A stretch of 64,000 nucleotides of DNA from positions 43,909-107,908 of IMG/VR virus record IMGVR_UViG_3300014059_000006; one strand, given 5' to 3'. Source of the DNA: a virus (taxonomy: Duplodnaviria; Caudoviricetes). The first letter of the stretch is position 1. Every line of letters begins with the position of its first letter. Shown here piece by piece: positions 11,201-21,200 of the stretch. A program made the position numbers and the translations under genes. The notes beneath the pieces are model-generated. The model saw nothing but the letters and a program-made list of their open reading frames with translations. It was not told the DNA's origin and did not search any database.

Positions 11201-12996
11201 ATTTAAGTGAATTGGTTTCTCTAACTCCCAAACTTCCTGACGATAAAGCAAATTTAGATTGTAAAAAAGCATCTACAATATTCGATAAGTTAAAAACACC
11301 TTTTGTATTACGTGACCAATACTTCTATCTTTCCAATAATGGTGTAGTGGAATTTTATGTGGAAAGCGAAATAAACTTAAATAATAGAGACTGGAAAGAA
11401 ACTCTTGAATCACGTCATTATGATTCCGAACAATATTCAGACCTATCCACTTTATTTAGAAGTGATGTATTAGATTTTGATAATGCATACATATACGACA
11501 AGTCTTATTCAAAATACTTAACAGAAAACGTAGGGTTTACACAATCTATTTATTATGACCCTTTGAAAGCTGATAGTTGTTTTAGTTCATTTAACAATCG
11601 TGTATTTTGGTCATTACGTGGAGATAAACAAACAGTAAAGAATAACAAACTTATTTATCTTACAAATAATTCTTACGAGTTCCCATCGGAAAATGGAGCA
11701 ATCACCGGTATGAAAGCATTGGATAGAAGTAATATAATATTTTTATTTGAAAACTCCGCCCCTTATTTACATCAAGCAAACGACCAATTACAAACAGACA
11801 GTGGAATAAAAATTACATTAGGAGATGGTGGACTTTTTTCTACACCCCCTCAACCAATTTTAACCACTGATTTACAATATGGAAAATGCCCTTCTGTGGT
11901 GAATTTAGTTTCTTCTCAGTTTGGGATTTTATATCCTTCATACACACAAGGAAAAGTATTTCTATTACAAGGTTCTAAATTAGACGAAATAAGTAGATAC
12001 GGAATGCAATGGTGGTTTCAAAACCATCTTCCATTTAACTTACTAAAAGATTTCCCTGAATATCCTTTCCAAGATAATCCAATTGATGGAATAGGATTTT
12101 TAACTTCTGTAGATAATACAAAAGAAACTCTCTATCTTACTAAAATAGATTTTAAAGTTGTGTCTGAATACGAAGGACAAATTATCTATGATGGAGATTT
12201 TTATCTTCAGACTAATGGTAAAAAGAAAAAAATAAAACTAAAAGACCCTAAATATTTTGAAGATGTTTCTTGGACGATTTCATATCATCCGGGAATGAAA
12301 GGTTGGGTTTCTTTTCACGACTGGCATCCTAATTCAATAATACAAACAGAAAATCACTTTATAACAATTAAAAATGAAAATAACAAGAGTTCTCTATGGG
12401 AACACAACACGCGGTGTGATAAATATTGTCGTTACTATGATACACAATATTTTTGGGATATAGAACATTGTGTATCTAATGGACAAAATGTTACAACACT
12501 TTCAAATATAGAATATGGACTTGAAGCATATCTTTACGACAAAAACTGTCAAACTAGACATCATCTTTTGGAATACAATTTTAACCGTGCTTACATATAT
12601 AATAGTGAACAGGTATCTGGAATTTTAAATCTAAATCTCGCACCTAAGAATCAATTATCTAAAGTGTTGTACTACCCTATTGTAAATACAGATTCTATTG
12701 ATATAGAATTTCATAAGGTGGAACAGAAATTCAGATTTAATCAATTTTGGGATGCTACTAAAAATAGAGCAGAATTTAACACTTCTTATGTGTCTACACT
12801 TTTATTGGAAAACAACGGATATAAATATACACTTAATCCTGAGTATATAGACTATAATAAAAACATATTCCAACGTAAAAAACTACGTCATAATTGGTAT
12901 AAGGTTTATTTACGTAGACAAAATACACAAGATGAGGACATGCCTCATATGAAAATTAAATTATCAAATTCAAAAGAACTTATATCACCTAGATAA
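8269..12996 (+). CDS. Tail stabilisation (muzzle, P22 gp10-like) protein
   Basis: 1575 aa and beta-rich, with MNKD, YLRDEVYSFG, IRHFRFP, GGDTFI and SWTISY....GWVSFHDW motifs. It follows Ttub. Confidence 0.8.
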   Translation: MAEFQDTRDIKTNSFTSFMNKDVDPVFLKDGQITHAINSQFNSLSGDLLFHQNEEGNLFCVTVPYIHIGTIPLKDNKFLLFSTDNVNSEIGILNKTNCEYVTLVNNKCLNFKTTNLIRGAASENSDCEEIAYWCDDLNNNRYLNISNLPYKFTTKNDECKTKEYTSEIDCDQLELNPFIKIPCVQLSKSKSGGGLLNGSYQVSVTYSIKGQTVSDFYGTTQPVSIFSHENTGKALDVEITNLDEDFPEYKLALVVTIAQQTTVYEIGTYPTSQNKVTITGVSPTDIQIPLSQLYVQKTVYSKAKDVININNQLLWSGPSSQPEINYQPLVNQASLEWVAYAVPIAEDNSDLQSYLRDEVYSFGTRLVYNNGSRSATFPFIGRPASAAEKKLVSGEDAFELLTKGCDKKTELRYWQVYNTATGYVNTVPLGLCEYKEVGSGTFGYYESTEHYPDNKNTYGNLACTPIRHFRFPDDSLAPRTIKNSEGVVTHTIHLGVRVKNLLHPKDLEGNNISSLQSIEILRGDRITDKSILGKGLLYNMGMYDYKITKDKTVGGLYPNYPYNDLNTDPFLSKTQTKGAVGKEKNYKAFGEFSKDYYTFHSPSFSFSKPSIGTELKIEGIQSGVVNTFFEPVYAHPKNKLITDVAFTVAALLGLGEAYFATREKTITTTVVESMDPLVAGTTAPVGTAYTAALEAYAVAVEAAKLAGTFDPTGCIETAAVKTARVALFSATAALATVGGAKTTVSETKQEDAISRIPNVLKCLNGIYMFGYYFQQGMETGLSTVRTFAKSEQYAYQVNSHCQYENFVASGKNSKRRAIEDAVYLYPAVQDFNNKKVNNYKRESSVILKLERSLNFPTIKDNSRKTMSSANACDTKSYSATASSYYGSIKQSQPAQYGQIQNIRWIDTGYCFPINTSSTKYTTGLILGGDTFIGKFSIKRKFNYFNQTAYNQNDDFEFDYRKYVNIPYPRYWMDSEAYDLSELVSLTPKLPDDKANLDCKKASTIFDKLKTPFVLRDQYFYLSNNGVVEFYVESEINLNNRDWKETLESRHYDSEQYSDLSTLFRSDVLDFDNAYIYDKSYSKYLTENVGFTQSIYYDPLKADSCFSSFNNRVFWSLRGDKQTVKNNKLIYLTNNSYEFPSENGAITGMKALDRSNIIFLFENSAPYLHQANDQLQTDSGIKITLGDGGLFSTPPQPILTTDLQYGKCPSVVNLVSSQFGILYPSYTQGKVFLLQGSKLDEISRYGMQWWFQNHLPFNLLKDFPEYPFQDNPIDGIGFLTSVDNTKETLYLTKIDFKVVSEYEGQIIYDGDFYLQTNGKKKKIKLKDPKYFEDVSWTISYHPGMKGWVSFHDWHPNSIIQTENHFITIKNENNKSSLWEHNTRCDKYCRYYDTQYFWDIEHCVSNGQNVTTLSNIEYGLEAYLYDKNCQTRHHLLEYNFNRAYIYNSEQVSGILNLNLAPKNQLSKVLYYPIVNTDSIDIEFHKVEQKFRFNQFWDATKNRAEFNTSYVSTLLLENNGYKYTLNPEYIDYNKNIFQRKKLRHNWYKVYLRRQNTQDEDMPHMKIKLSNSKELISPR

Positions 12997-13487
12997 TGGC
13001 TAATAAACCAAATAAAATAACATACAATCCTGACGGTAGTATGAAATTAAACAATACTTGGGAAGGAATAAATAATTCCCAACAGGTTCCGTTTGTAGTT
13101 CCACAGTTTAATTTAATCCCTTCTACTCCTAACCAAGGAAATACAGATTTTACTACTGACCCTTCTAACGTGAATAACTATGTCGATGCCCCAAAAGTGC
13201 AAAAACGTATAATCTCCACAAACTACAATCCTTATGAACAACTGGTAAATGTATTTGATTTTGGTTTAAATACTTTAAACAATTTAAAAAACCAAAAGAC
13301 ACAGAAAGAAAACTTTCAACCACAACAACCCAGTACATCTTATTTTAATCAGAGAAGTTTGCGTGGAGATAAAGTAATGTTTGCAAAAAAGGGAGGAGAA
13401 TATAAAGAAGGAGGTGAATACGAACTAGATGATATACAAATACAAAACTTAAAAAAACTAGGGTATGAGTTCGAAATGCTCTCCTAG
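12996..13487 (+). CDS. Putative small cargo/virion protein
   Basis: 163 aa, N/Q/P-rich, ending in FAKKGGEYKEGGEYELDDIQIQNLKKLGYEFE. Confidence 0.55.
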   Translation: MANKPNKITYNPDGSMKLNNTWEGINNSQQVPFVVPQFNLIPSTPNQGNTDFTTDPSNVNNYVDAPKVQKRIISTNYNPYEQLVNVFDFGLNTLNNLKNQKTQKENFQPQQPSTSYFNQRSLRGDKVMFAKKGGEYKEGGEYELDDIQIQNLKKLGYEFEMLS

Positions 13488-13509
13488 AAATAGATTTGGT
13501 TTTTCAATT

Positions 13510-13542
13510 AAAAAAGAGTATATTTAAGATGTACTCTTTTTT
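13510..13542. terminator. Inverted repeat, possible terminator overlapping a promoter -7 box
   Basis: AAAAAAGAGTA...TACTCTTTTTT in the intergenic gap. Confidence 0.5.
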
Positions 13543-13600
13543 GTTATTACCATATATCTATAATAATAAAAATTATTATTTATACTAAAAAAAATTATTA

Positions 13601-15475
13601 ATGCAAAAGGTAAGAATTACCAAAACCCCAAAAGACGGTTCAAAGTTCATTAATCCAAATGAAACAAACCTTCAACATTTTACTAACAATCCTCTCCCTC
13701 TTGTTAAACAAAAGTCTAAAGAAATATTAGAAACAGAAGGTGTTGGAAATAACTATCCTATTGAAAAATCAGGAAAGGGAAACGCAGAAGCTGAAAAAGG
13801 TGAAACAATTTTCAAATTAGAAAATAGTAGGTTGTTTAAAATAGGAGGAGAAACTCACAAAAAAGGTGGAACAGATATTATTATGAATCCGGGAGATTTT
13901 ATTTTCAGTAATTCACTAAAAATAAAAGGGGATATAATGAAATCAGAATTTGGTATGAATCCAGAAAAAGAACATACCTTTGCAGATGTTTCTAAGAAAT
14001 ACTTGAATATGAATGGTTATCATAAATTAGCAGATGATATAGACCCATTAGAAAAGAATACAGCCAATAAAATGATTAAGGCATATAAAGATAAGCTTTC
14101 TAAGATTGCTTTCCTTCAGGAAGCTCAGAAAGGTTTTCCTACAGGTATTCCTGAAATCGTTACACCATTGATGGAAAAGGTGGCTTCTGTTCCAGAAGGG
14201 TCTGTTCCTAAAGACAGTATTATGAAAGATGGTGGCCAATGGATTCAAAAAGCACATCTAGAAAAAGGTAGATGCACACCGGGGTCTCCAAATTATGATT
14301 GTCCAAAAGGAAGTCCTCAATGGAATTTGGCACAAACATTTAAAAAACATCATGGATTTCACGAAGATGGTGGTGAATGTGATACGTGTGGAGGAAATAA
14401 AAAATACGATAATGGTGGGGTATTTAAAGATTATGAAGATAAGAAAAGTAAAACACCTTATAAAGTACCTGAAAAATTTCGTAACTATACAAAAGAACAG
14501 GCGGATAAAGAGTTTTATACACCTGAGGTTTTAGCATTTATGAAACAAAGAGACAAAGAAGAAGGAATAGATTCAGATAAAGGTAACGCACAAGATTATA
14601 CTTGGGGTAAACGTCACGAAGAAGCTTATAAAAATTTCTTTGCTGACAAACCGGTTACTACTCCTTCTCCTACAGTTACTCCTGAAGAAATTACTTCTGA
14701 CATTAATACGAATATATCCCCAAACGAAAGTTTTAAACCGTCTACAAGTGGGTATAGAGATATGGGATTTTCATCTCCTGAAATGATGGCTTTAGCGTTA
14801 GCTTCAAGACCTATCCCTTATATTGCACCAACAAGAGTATTAAACGAAAATTACGCGTCTGCTATAGGTGCTATGAGTAACGTAATGCCTTATAATTATC
14901 AGTCAGTGATTAATGAAGCTACACGTGGAGGCTACAATGCTATTAAAGCTAACACAAATCTAACAGGTAATGTTGGTCAAGCTTTTGCAAATAATGCATT
15001 TATTGCGGGACAATTGGGAGAACAAACTTCTAAAATCAAAGGAGAAGAGTACAATCAAAATGCAAATTTATATAACCAAAATAATCAGATGTTAGGACAA
15101 ACATTAATTCAACAAGGTCAAGATGTTGAAATGCAATCTGGATTGTATAATGATAAAGTGGCACAAGGAAGAGAAAACTTATTTGCTAATAAAATGGCTC
15201 AACAGTCTAGGTTTGCTACAGAGTTTGCAAATGCAATGAATAACCGTTCATTAAGAAATGCTTATGGGTATTTAGGACAGTCTACAAACCCTAACTTTCA
15301 AGCTATGAATGCTAATATGGCAATTGGGTTTAATCCTGCAATCAATCCTTTTGATTTTAACGCGAAACAATCTTCCACTCCATATCAACAATTTCAAACT
15401 GAAACTAAGGGTATGGACTCTGAACAAATTAAATCATATGTAGAATGGCTAAAAGCCAAAAATAATTCGAAATAA
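13601..15475 (+). CDS. Putative internal virion (cargo) protein
   Basis: 624 aa with EAEKGE and G.TH..GG motifs, several xDGG/xNGG motifs and an N/Q/A-rich helical C-terminus. It is the first gene of the cargo block. Confidence 0.6.
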   Translation: MQKVRITKTPKDGSKFINPNETNLQHFTNNPLPLVKQKSKEILETEGVGNNYPIEKSGKGNAEAEKGETIFKLENSRLFKIGGETHKKGGTDIIMNPGDFIFSNSLKIKGDIMKSEFGMNPEKEHTFADVSKKYLNMNGYHKLADDIDPLEKNTANKMIKAYKDKLSKIAFLQEAQKGFPTGIPEIVTPLMEKVASVPEGSVPKDSIMKDGGQWIQKAHLEKGRCTPGSPNYDCPKGSPQWNLAQTFKKHHGFHEDGGECDTCGGNKKYDNGGVFKDYEDKKSKTPYKVPEKFRNYTKEQADKEFYTPEVLAFMKQRDKEEGIDSDKGNAQDYTWGKRHEEAYKNFFADKPVTTPSPTVTPEEITSDINTNISPNESFKPSTSGYRDMGFSSPEMMALALASRPIPYIAPTRVLNENYASAIGAMSNVMPYNYQSVINEATRGGYNAIKANTNLTGNVGQAFANNAFIAGQLGEQTSKIKGEEYNQNANLYNQNNQMLGQTLIQQGQDVEMQSGLYNDKVAQGRENLFANKMAQQSRFATEFANAMNNRSLRNAYGYLGQSTNPNFQAMNANMAIGFNPAINPFDFNAKQSSTPYQQFQTETKGMDSEQIKSYVEWLKAKNNSK

Positions 15476-15476
15476 A

Positions 15477-18215
15477 ATGGCATCATACCAAGCTCCACAA
15501 GTCGACTATAATTTATATAAACCGGTTATGCCACAAACAAATGTTGGCGAAGTATTTCAACTTATGAATACTAAACAAAACATTTATAACCAAAACCTAG
15601 CTAGTATAAATTCTCAAATCAGTTCTATGAATGATTTGACAAATTCTGTTTCTAATGAATTTGTTAAACAAAAGATAGATAAGTTTAATGTAGCGGCAAA
15701 CGATTCATTAAAAAAATACGCAAACTTAGATTTTAGTATCCAAGACAATGCTAAATTAGTTGATAATTTATACGACCCTTTAGTAAAAGACCAAGATTTT
15801 TTAACAGACTATTCTGCAACTTCACATTATACTTCTGAAGTACAAAAAGCACTGCGTTTAAAAGATTCTACAAAAAAGGAAGAACGTGATTTATTTTCTT
15901 TGACTAATTTAGAATATGTAACAGGACAGGTAGAAGGTTTGAGAAATGCTAAAAACTCAAAAGAACTAAAACAGTCGGCATATAATGTAAAAAATAGATA
16001 TTACACTCCTTACACTAATTACAGTGCTAACACGTTACAACGTTTAAAGGATTTAAATGCTTCTGTAGAATATGATACAGCATCTAATGGATATATTGTA
16101 AAAACTCCAAAAGGTCCATTAGCGTTTGAAAAGTTTATGGAGATGACAATGACAGAACAAGATAAACAACAAATGCGAATTGAAGCCACAGTGATGGTGG
16201 ATAAACTTGTTGCGGCTCAAGGTCCTGAATTAACTTCTTCTCAATACATAGAAGAAACGTTAAATTCTGTAGACTTGTTGGTAGATAGAGAAAATAAAAC
16301 AAAAGAAGCAATCAATGCTCGTTTAAAAACTCTTCCTCCTTTAGAAAAAATGGGAAAAAAAGCAAAGGAACAATATGGTATTTACAATGACCAATTAGAA
16401 ACAGTAAACTCAAATTTAGAAAACCTCGAAAAAAGAAAGTCTTCGGTTGCAGAATTAACTAAAAAATTACAAGACGGAACATTCTCTTACGATGATATGA
16501 CTAACATGATGGTGGAAGATGTTACAAAACAAACATTCCAGTCTTTCATAAGCGGTCTTGCCGATAGTTATGTAGATACAAAATATACAGGAGAAATAAA
16601 ATCAGATGCTACATATGTAGCTAACCAACGTTTAAGTTATGATTATACCAAATTAGCACAAGATAAAGAATTAGAATTGAGAAAATTAGATATGGAACAA
16701 AAAAAGTTGGACAAGGACTATGCTATTGCAGGATTGAAATATGGGGCAAATGGGGTAGAACCAGATGTAACTACTGAAGCGGATACTAAATTATCTGCTG
16801 CAGAAGATATTGATAATACAATTGCAACCAAGGGTGGAATTGCGTCAGTACAACAAAGTTTAGAAAGTGAATTTAAAACACAATGGAAAAACTTACATCC
16901 AGAATGGCAAGATAAACATTGGAACACTACTTATGGAAAACAAATATTACGTTCTTTTTTAGACCCTGCGAATAGTATTTCCACATGGGAACCTTCTCTT
17001 CAGACAATAAAACAGAACGCATTTAAAGATTATCATAATCAAATTGCAGATTATAAATTAGCTTTACAAACAAAACAAGATTTGTTAAAACAGTTTAATG
17101 AAAAAAATGGTACAAATTTACAATTAGATGAAAATGGTAATGCTTTTGAAAAGACAACACAAAGTACAATGTCTATGGTGGCACAAGATGTAGGAGCTGC
17201 TGTTATGAGTCCATTCAGATTGGCTAAATATGTCGGTATAAGTAATACTTCTCCATCTGCGGCGAAAATATACAAAGAACAAGTTATGGATAAAGCCTGG
17301 TCTGCTCCCGGAACTGTAGTGAATACTTCTAAAAACATAGAAGCATTTAAACAATTCATAAATCAAAACGCAGATGAATTTGGAGATATCCCGGTTCAAG
17401 GTGCTTCTGTTGCAGTTGGACCCGCAGGAAGACAAGAATATGATAGATACATAGGAACGTCTTTTTATCAATTCGCTAATAGAGGAAACGAATCTGTTGC
17501 AGAATTACAAGCAAAAAATCCAGGATTGGAAAACGCAGACCTTGTATTACAGGGATTGAGAAATCTAGATGGACAAAGAGCATCCAAAGAAATATCACCA
17601 TCTATTAATTATAGTATAATGAGTAAGGGAACAAAATTGTCTTATGCAGGTGTAAAGATAGAAGATGTATTTACAAAGGAAGGAGATAAATTTACACCAG
17701 AACAAATTGCAGCTCATAAAGCAATACAACAAGGTGTGACACTTCCTCTTGTTCATGATAGATATGGAGCAGTTAATAGAACAGAAGGAAAGTTCAATAG
17801 TAATCGTGCAATTGAATTTGGAGAATCTTTCACTGTATATAAACTTCCTGTTTCTCCAGGTCAACCAGCAAAAGCGGTGATTCAACCTAAGAGTGGGGAA
17901 GAACATTTTATGCACGAGTACATAGGAGATAAATTTCCCATAGTTTTAGAAAATAATGTATACAAAGTACAAGGTTCTACAAAAAAAATCGAAGTGGAAG
18001 CTTCTGTAATATCTGAACGTTTACGTTCTGGTAATTATGAAGACCTAACTAGGAATGTGGAATCACGTACATCACTTATGCAGAGTGACGAATGGGTTAC
18101 AAAATTTAACGATGTATTACAGAAATCATACTCTAATGCAATTAAAAAAAGTAGTGATGGACAATTGTATATTGAAAATTCTACAATGGAAAAAATTAAC
18201 GCTTCAATAAAATAA
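15477..18215 (+). CDS. Putative internal virion/ejection protein
   Basis: 912 aa, helical/coiled-coil, no Cys seen, located in the cargo block. Confidence 0.6.
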   Translation: MASYQAPQVDYNLYKPVMPQTNVGEVFQLMNTKQNIYNQNLASINSQISSMNDLTNSVSNEFVKQKIDKFNVAANDSLKKYANLDFSIQDNAKLVDNLYDPLVKDQDFLTDYSATSHYTSEVQKALRLKDSTKKEERDLFSLTNLEYVTGQVEGLRNAKNSKELKQSAYNVKNRYYTPYTNYSANTLQRLKDLNASVEYDTASNGYIVKTPKGPLAFEKFMEMTMTEQDKQQMRIEATVMVDKLVAAQGPELTSSQYIEETLNSVDLLVDRENKTKEAINARLKTLPPLEKMGKKAKEQYGIYNDQLETVNSNLENLEKRKSSVAELTKKLQDGTFSYDDMTNMMVEDVTKQTFQSFISGLADSYVDTKYTGEIKSDATYVANQRLSYDYTKLAQDKELELRKLDMEQKKLDKDYAIAGLKYGANGVEPDVTTEADTKLSAAEDIDNTIATKGGIASVQQSLESEFKTQWKNLHPEWQDKHWNTTYGKQILRSFLDPANSISTWEPSLQTIKQNAFKDYHNQIADYKLALQTKQDLLKQFNEKNGTNLQLDENGNAFEKTTQSTMSMVAQDVGAAVMSPFRLAKYVGISNTSPSAAKIYKEQVMDKAWSAPGTVVNTSKNIEAFKQFINQNADEFGDIPVQGASVAVGPAGRQEYDRYIGTSFYQFANRGNESVAELQAKNPGLENADLVLQGLRNLDGQRASKEISPSINYSIMSKGTKLSYAGVKIEDVFTKEGDKFTPEQIAAHKAIQQGVTLPLVHDRYGAVNRTEGKFNSNRAIEFGESFTVYKLPVSPGQPAKAVIQPKSGEEHFMHEYIGDKFPIVLENNVYKVQGSTKKIEVEASVISERLRSGNYEDLTRNVESRTSLMQSDEWVTKFNDVLQKSYSNAIKKSSDGQLYIENSTMEKINASIK

Positions 18216-18218
18216 TAT

Positions 18219-21200
18219 ATGCCAGATAATTTTTCGTCGTTTGCCAATAAAGTGGCACCTGTGACTTCTACCCCTTCTCGTTTAGGGACTGAAGGACTGG
18301 TAGCATGGAAAGATACAAACGCATCAAGATATACTAACGACCCTAATTGGAAAATGTTAGGGTATGACATGAACCGTAATAATGATTATGCGTACGATGT
18401 TGCTCAGACTTCGGGTCAATGGGCTAGTAGTGCTTTTAATAGATTTTTACACCCATTAAAAACTTCTTTTGTTGAAGGATTTCGTTATGATAAAACCGCT
18501 AAGGAATTATTGTTTAGTGGTAGTGTTGCCGAAGATGAAGGATTGAGAGAGTATTTAAAAAAATCTGAAGAACTTAGTTATTTATATCCTACATACGATA
18601 ATCCTAATTCTAGTGACGAAGGGTTCTTCTCATATTTCAATGCGGGAGCTAGAAATAAATGGTCAACATTATTAGAAAGTTCTGGATTTATGGTGGGTAC
18701 TGCGGGAGCAGGTATCGCACAATCTATTGTTTTAGGGCTTGTTACTGGTGGTGCGGGAACTGTTGCTTCGTTGGCTAAAACTGCAGACGCAACCGGTAAA
18801 GCATACCGACTTTCCAAATTAGCCTCTGCCTATAAACAAATGGATAAGGTGAATGATTTGTGGAAAATGAGTAAAGTGGGAAAACTTGTAGGAGCTTCTC
18901 CCACATTACAAGCAATAGACGGATTGACAGATATCGCTAAAGCTAGAACACTCTCTCAATATGCAAAAGCATCTGGGAAATTCTTAGGAAATAGTGCAAT
19001 CAGATTTCAAGCTACTTCTAGTGAAGCAATGTTAGAAGCTATCGAAGGTTCAGAACATTTCAAAAAACAACAGATAGAACAGTTCGAATTAAAAAATGGA
19101 AGAGAAGCGACCAAGGAAGAAAAAGACGATATTGAAAATTACGCAGCAGATGTTTTCTCAGCTCGTTATCGTGCTAACTTAGGAGTGTTATCTGTTACAA
19201 ATTTAGTACAGGATTTAAGTTTCTTTAATACTTATAAGTATATTTCGAAATTAGGAAAGAGTGGAGCAATAGCAGAAGAAGCTGCAAAAAAATGGAATTG
19301 GAATGCTAAGGCTGGAATAGCTATGAAACATTCTGCACTCCCTCTTAAAGAGCGTGCCTTATTTGAAATAAAAGCTGTTGGTAATTCTTTTTTCAAAAAC
19401 GCATTTATGGAAGGTGTAGAAGAAGGAGCGCAGTACGCAATAGGTAAATCTACAGATGATTATTATACTAAAAAATATAATAAAGAATCTGCTTCTTTTA
19501 TGGATAGTATGGCTAGAGGAATTTCTTCTACATTCTTAGACAAAGAAGGTAAAGAAAGTTTTTGGAGTGGTATTATGATGGGCGGGTTGTTTTCAACAAT
19601 AGGTAAAGGGGCTAAAACTGTTCATGGTATGGCTACAGGAAAAGGAGCAAAGATTGATGCTATGGTTTCTGAACAAATGACCAATTATAATCAAGCTCAT
19701 AAAAACCTTATTGAAACATTTAAAACAGAACAAGTACTTTCAGCAGAAGCAGAAAACGGAACACTTAACCATGTGAACAATACTTTAGTCGAAGAGGCAT
19801 TAGAAAATAATGACTTAGATAAAGCAAAAGAATTACGTTTACAATCATTAAGAAATTCAGTAAAAACTGCAAAAGAAGTTGGTAAGTTAGACCTTCTTAA
19901 AAAAAGTTTATCAGAATATGGAGAATTACAAGACGATGTATTCAGAGAAAAATTTGGGGTAACTTCTAAACAAACCAATAAAGAAATTGTTAATGAAACA
20001 TTAAGAGAAATTGAAGAAATAGAAAAAACAGTGGATGCTGTTAACGAACGTTATGGTAATCCTTATGATGGGTATGATAATATAGACCCAATAACAGCAG
20101 CAGACAAACGTGCAGAACAACATAATCTATACAAAGGATATGAGGAAGCCAAGATGACTGTTATAGACAATGTTGAAACATTAAAAGAATCTAAAAAGAA
20201 TTTATCAAAGATTTCAGAATGGTTTACAGGACAGGGAGTAGTTGTAGAAGATGTATTATTAGAACTTGTTCCTGAACAGATTACATTAGGTGGGGTTGAG
20301 TTTGATAGTGCAGTTTTAGCTAGAGATGAAAAAATAGAAAATCTAGGTAGACAATTTGCAGATTTAGAAAAATTAAAACAAACCTCTACTAATACAAGTG
20401 AAATTATAAGAGTAACACAAACTCAAGCAGAACTTTTAAAAGAACGAGATATATATGTAAATCTCAATAACAACCCTGATAGTTTAGGAGCAATATTAGA
20501 CTACTTTAATTTTCAAATAGGAAAATCTAAAAAAGGTCTTCCGATAGATGCGACAGATTCTACAGAATTCAAGACATCATTAGAAGAAAATATAAAAGGA
20601 CTGAGAGATAATTTAGAGAAATCTAAAAATGCTTTAGAAGCTTTAGACGCTTTAGAAAAACCTAAAGTGTTTGAGGCATTAGCTAAAGACTATGCAAAAG
20701 CGTATGATAAACGTTATGGTCAAATTATAAGTGATTTAGATGCAAACGAACAGGAAGCAAAAGCGGCAACAGAAGAAGTTGTTCCTGAAGAAACCCCCGA
20801 AGAAACAATCGGGACACCTGTGACACCAGAATCTCCTGTAGAAACTGCTACACCGATAGAACCCGAAGAAGGACCGATGTTTCCTATTCCTCCTTATACT
20901 CCTAAAGAAAGTACAAAGCCACAACCAAAACACGTACTATTACAAAAAATAGTACAAGTGGAAAAAGAATTAGATGAGATAACACACGTTACAAATTCTC
21001 TTCTTTCTACAAAGGTTAGACTGACTAATTTATTACAAAAGGAAATTGCCGAATTAAAACCAGTGTTAGAAAAACTTGCTCGTACTGTTGTTGATAGTAA
21101 CACAATGTACTTTATTTCTAACTATGAAGAATTGAGAGATGCTGAAATTCGTCTACAAGCTGATGTTGATAAGTTGACTGATGAATTAAATATTGTTAGT

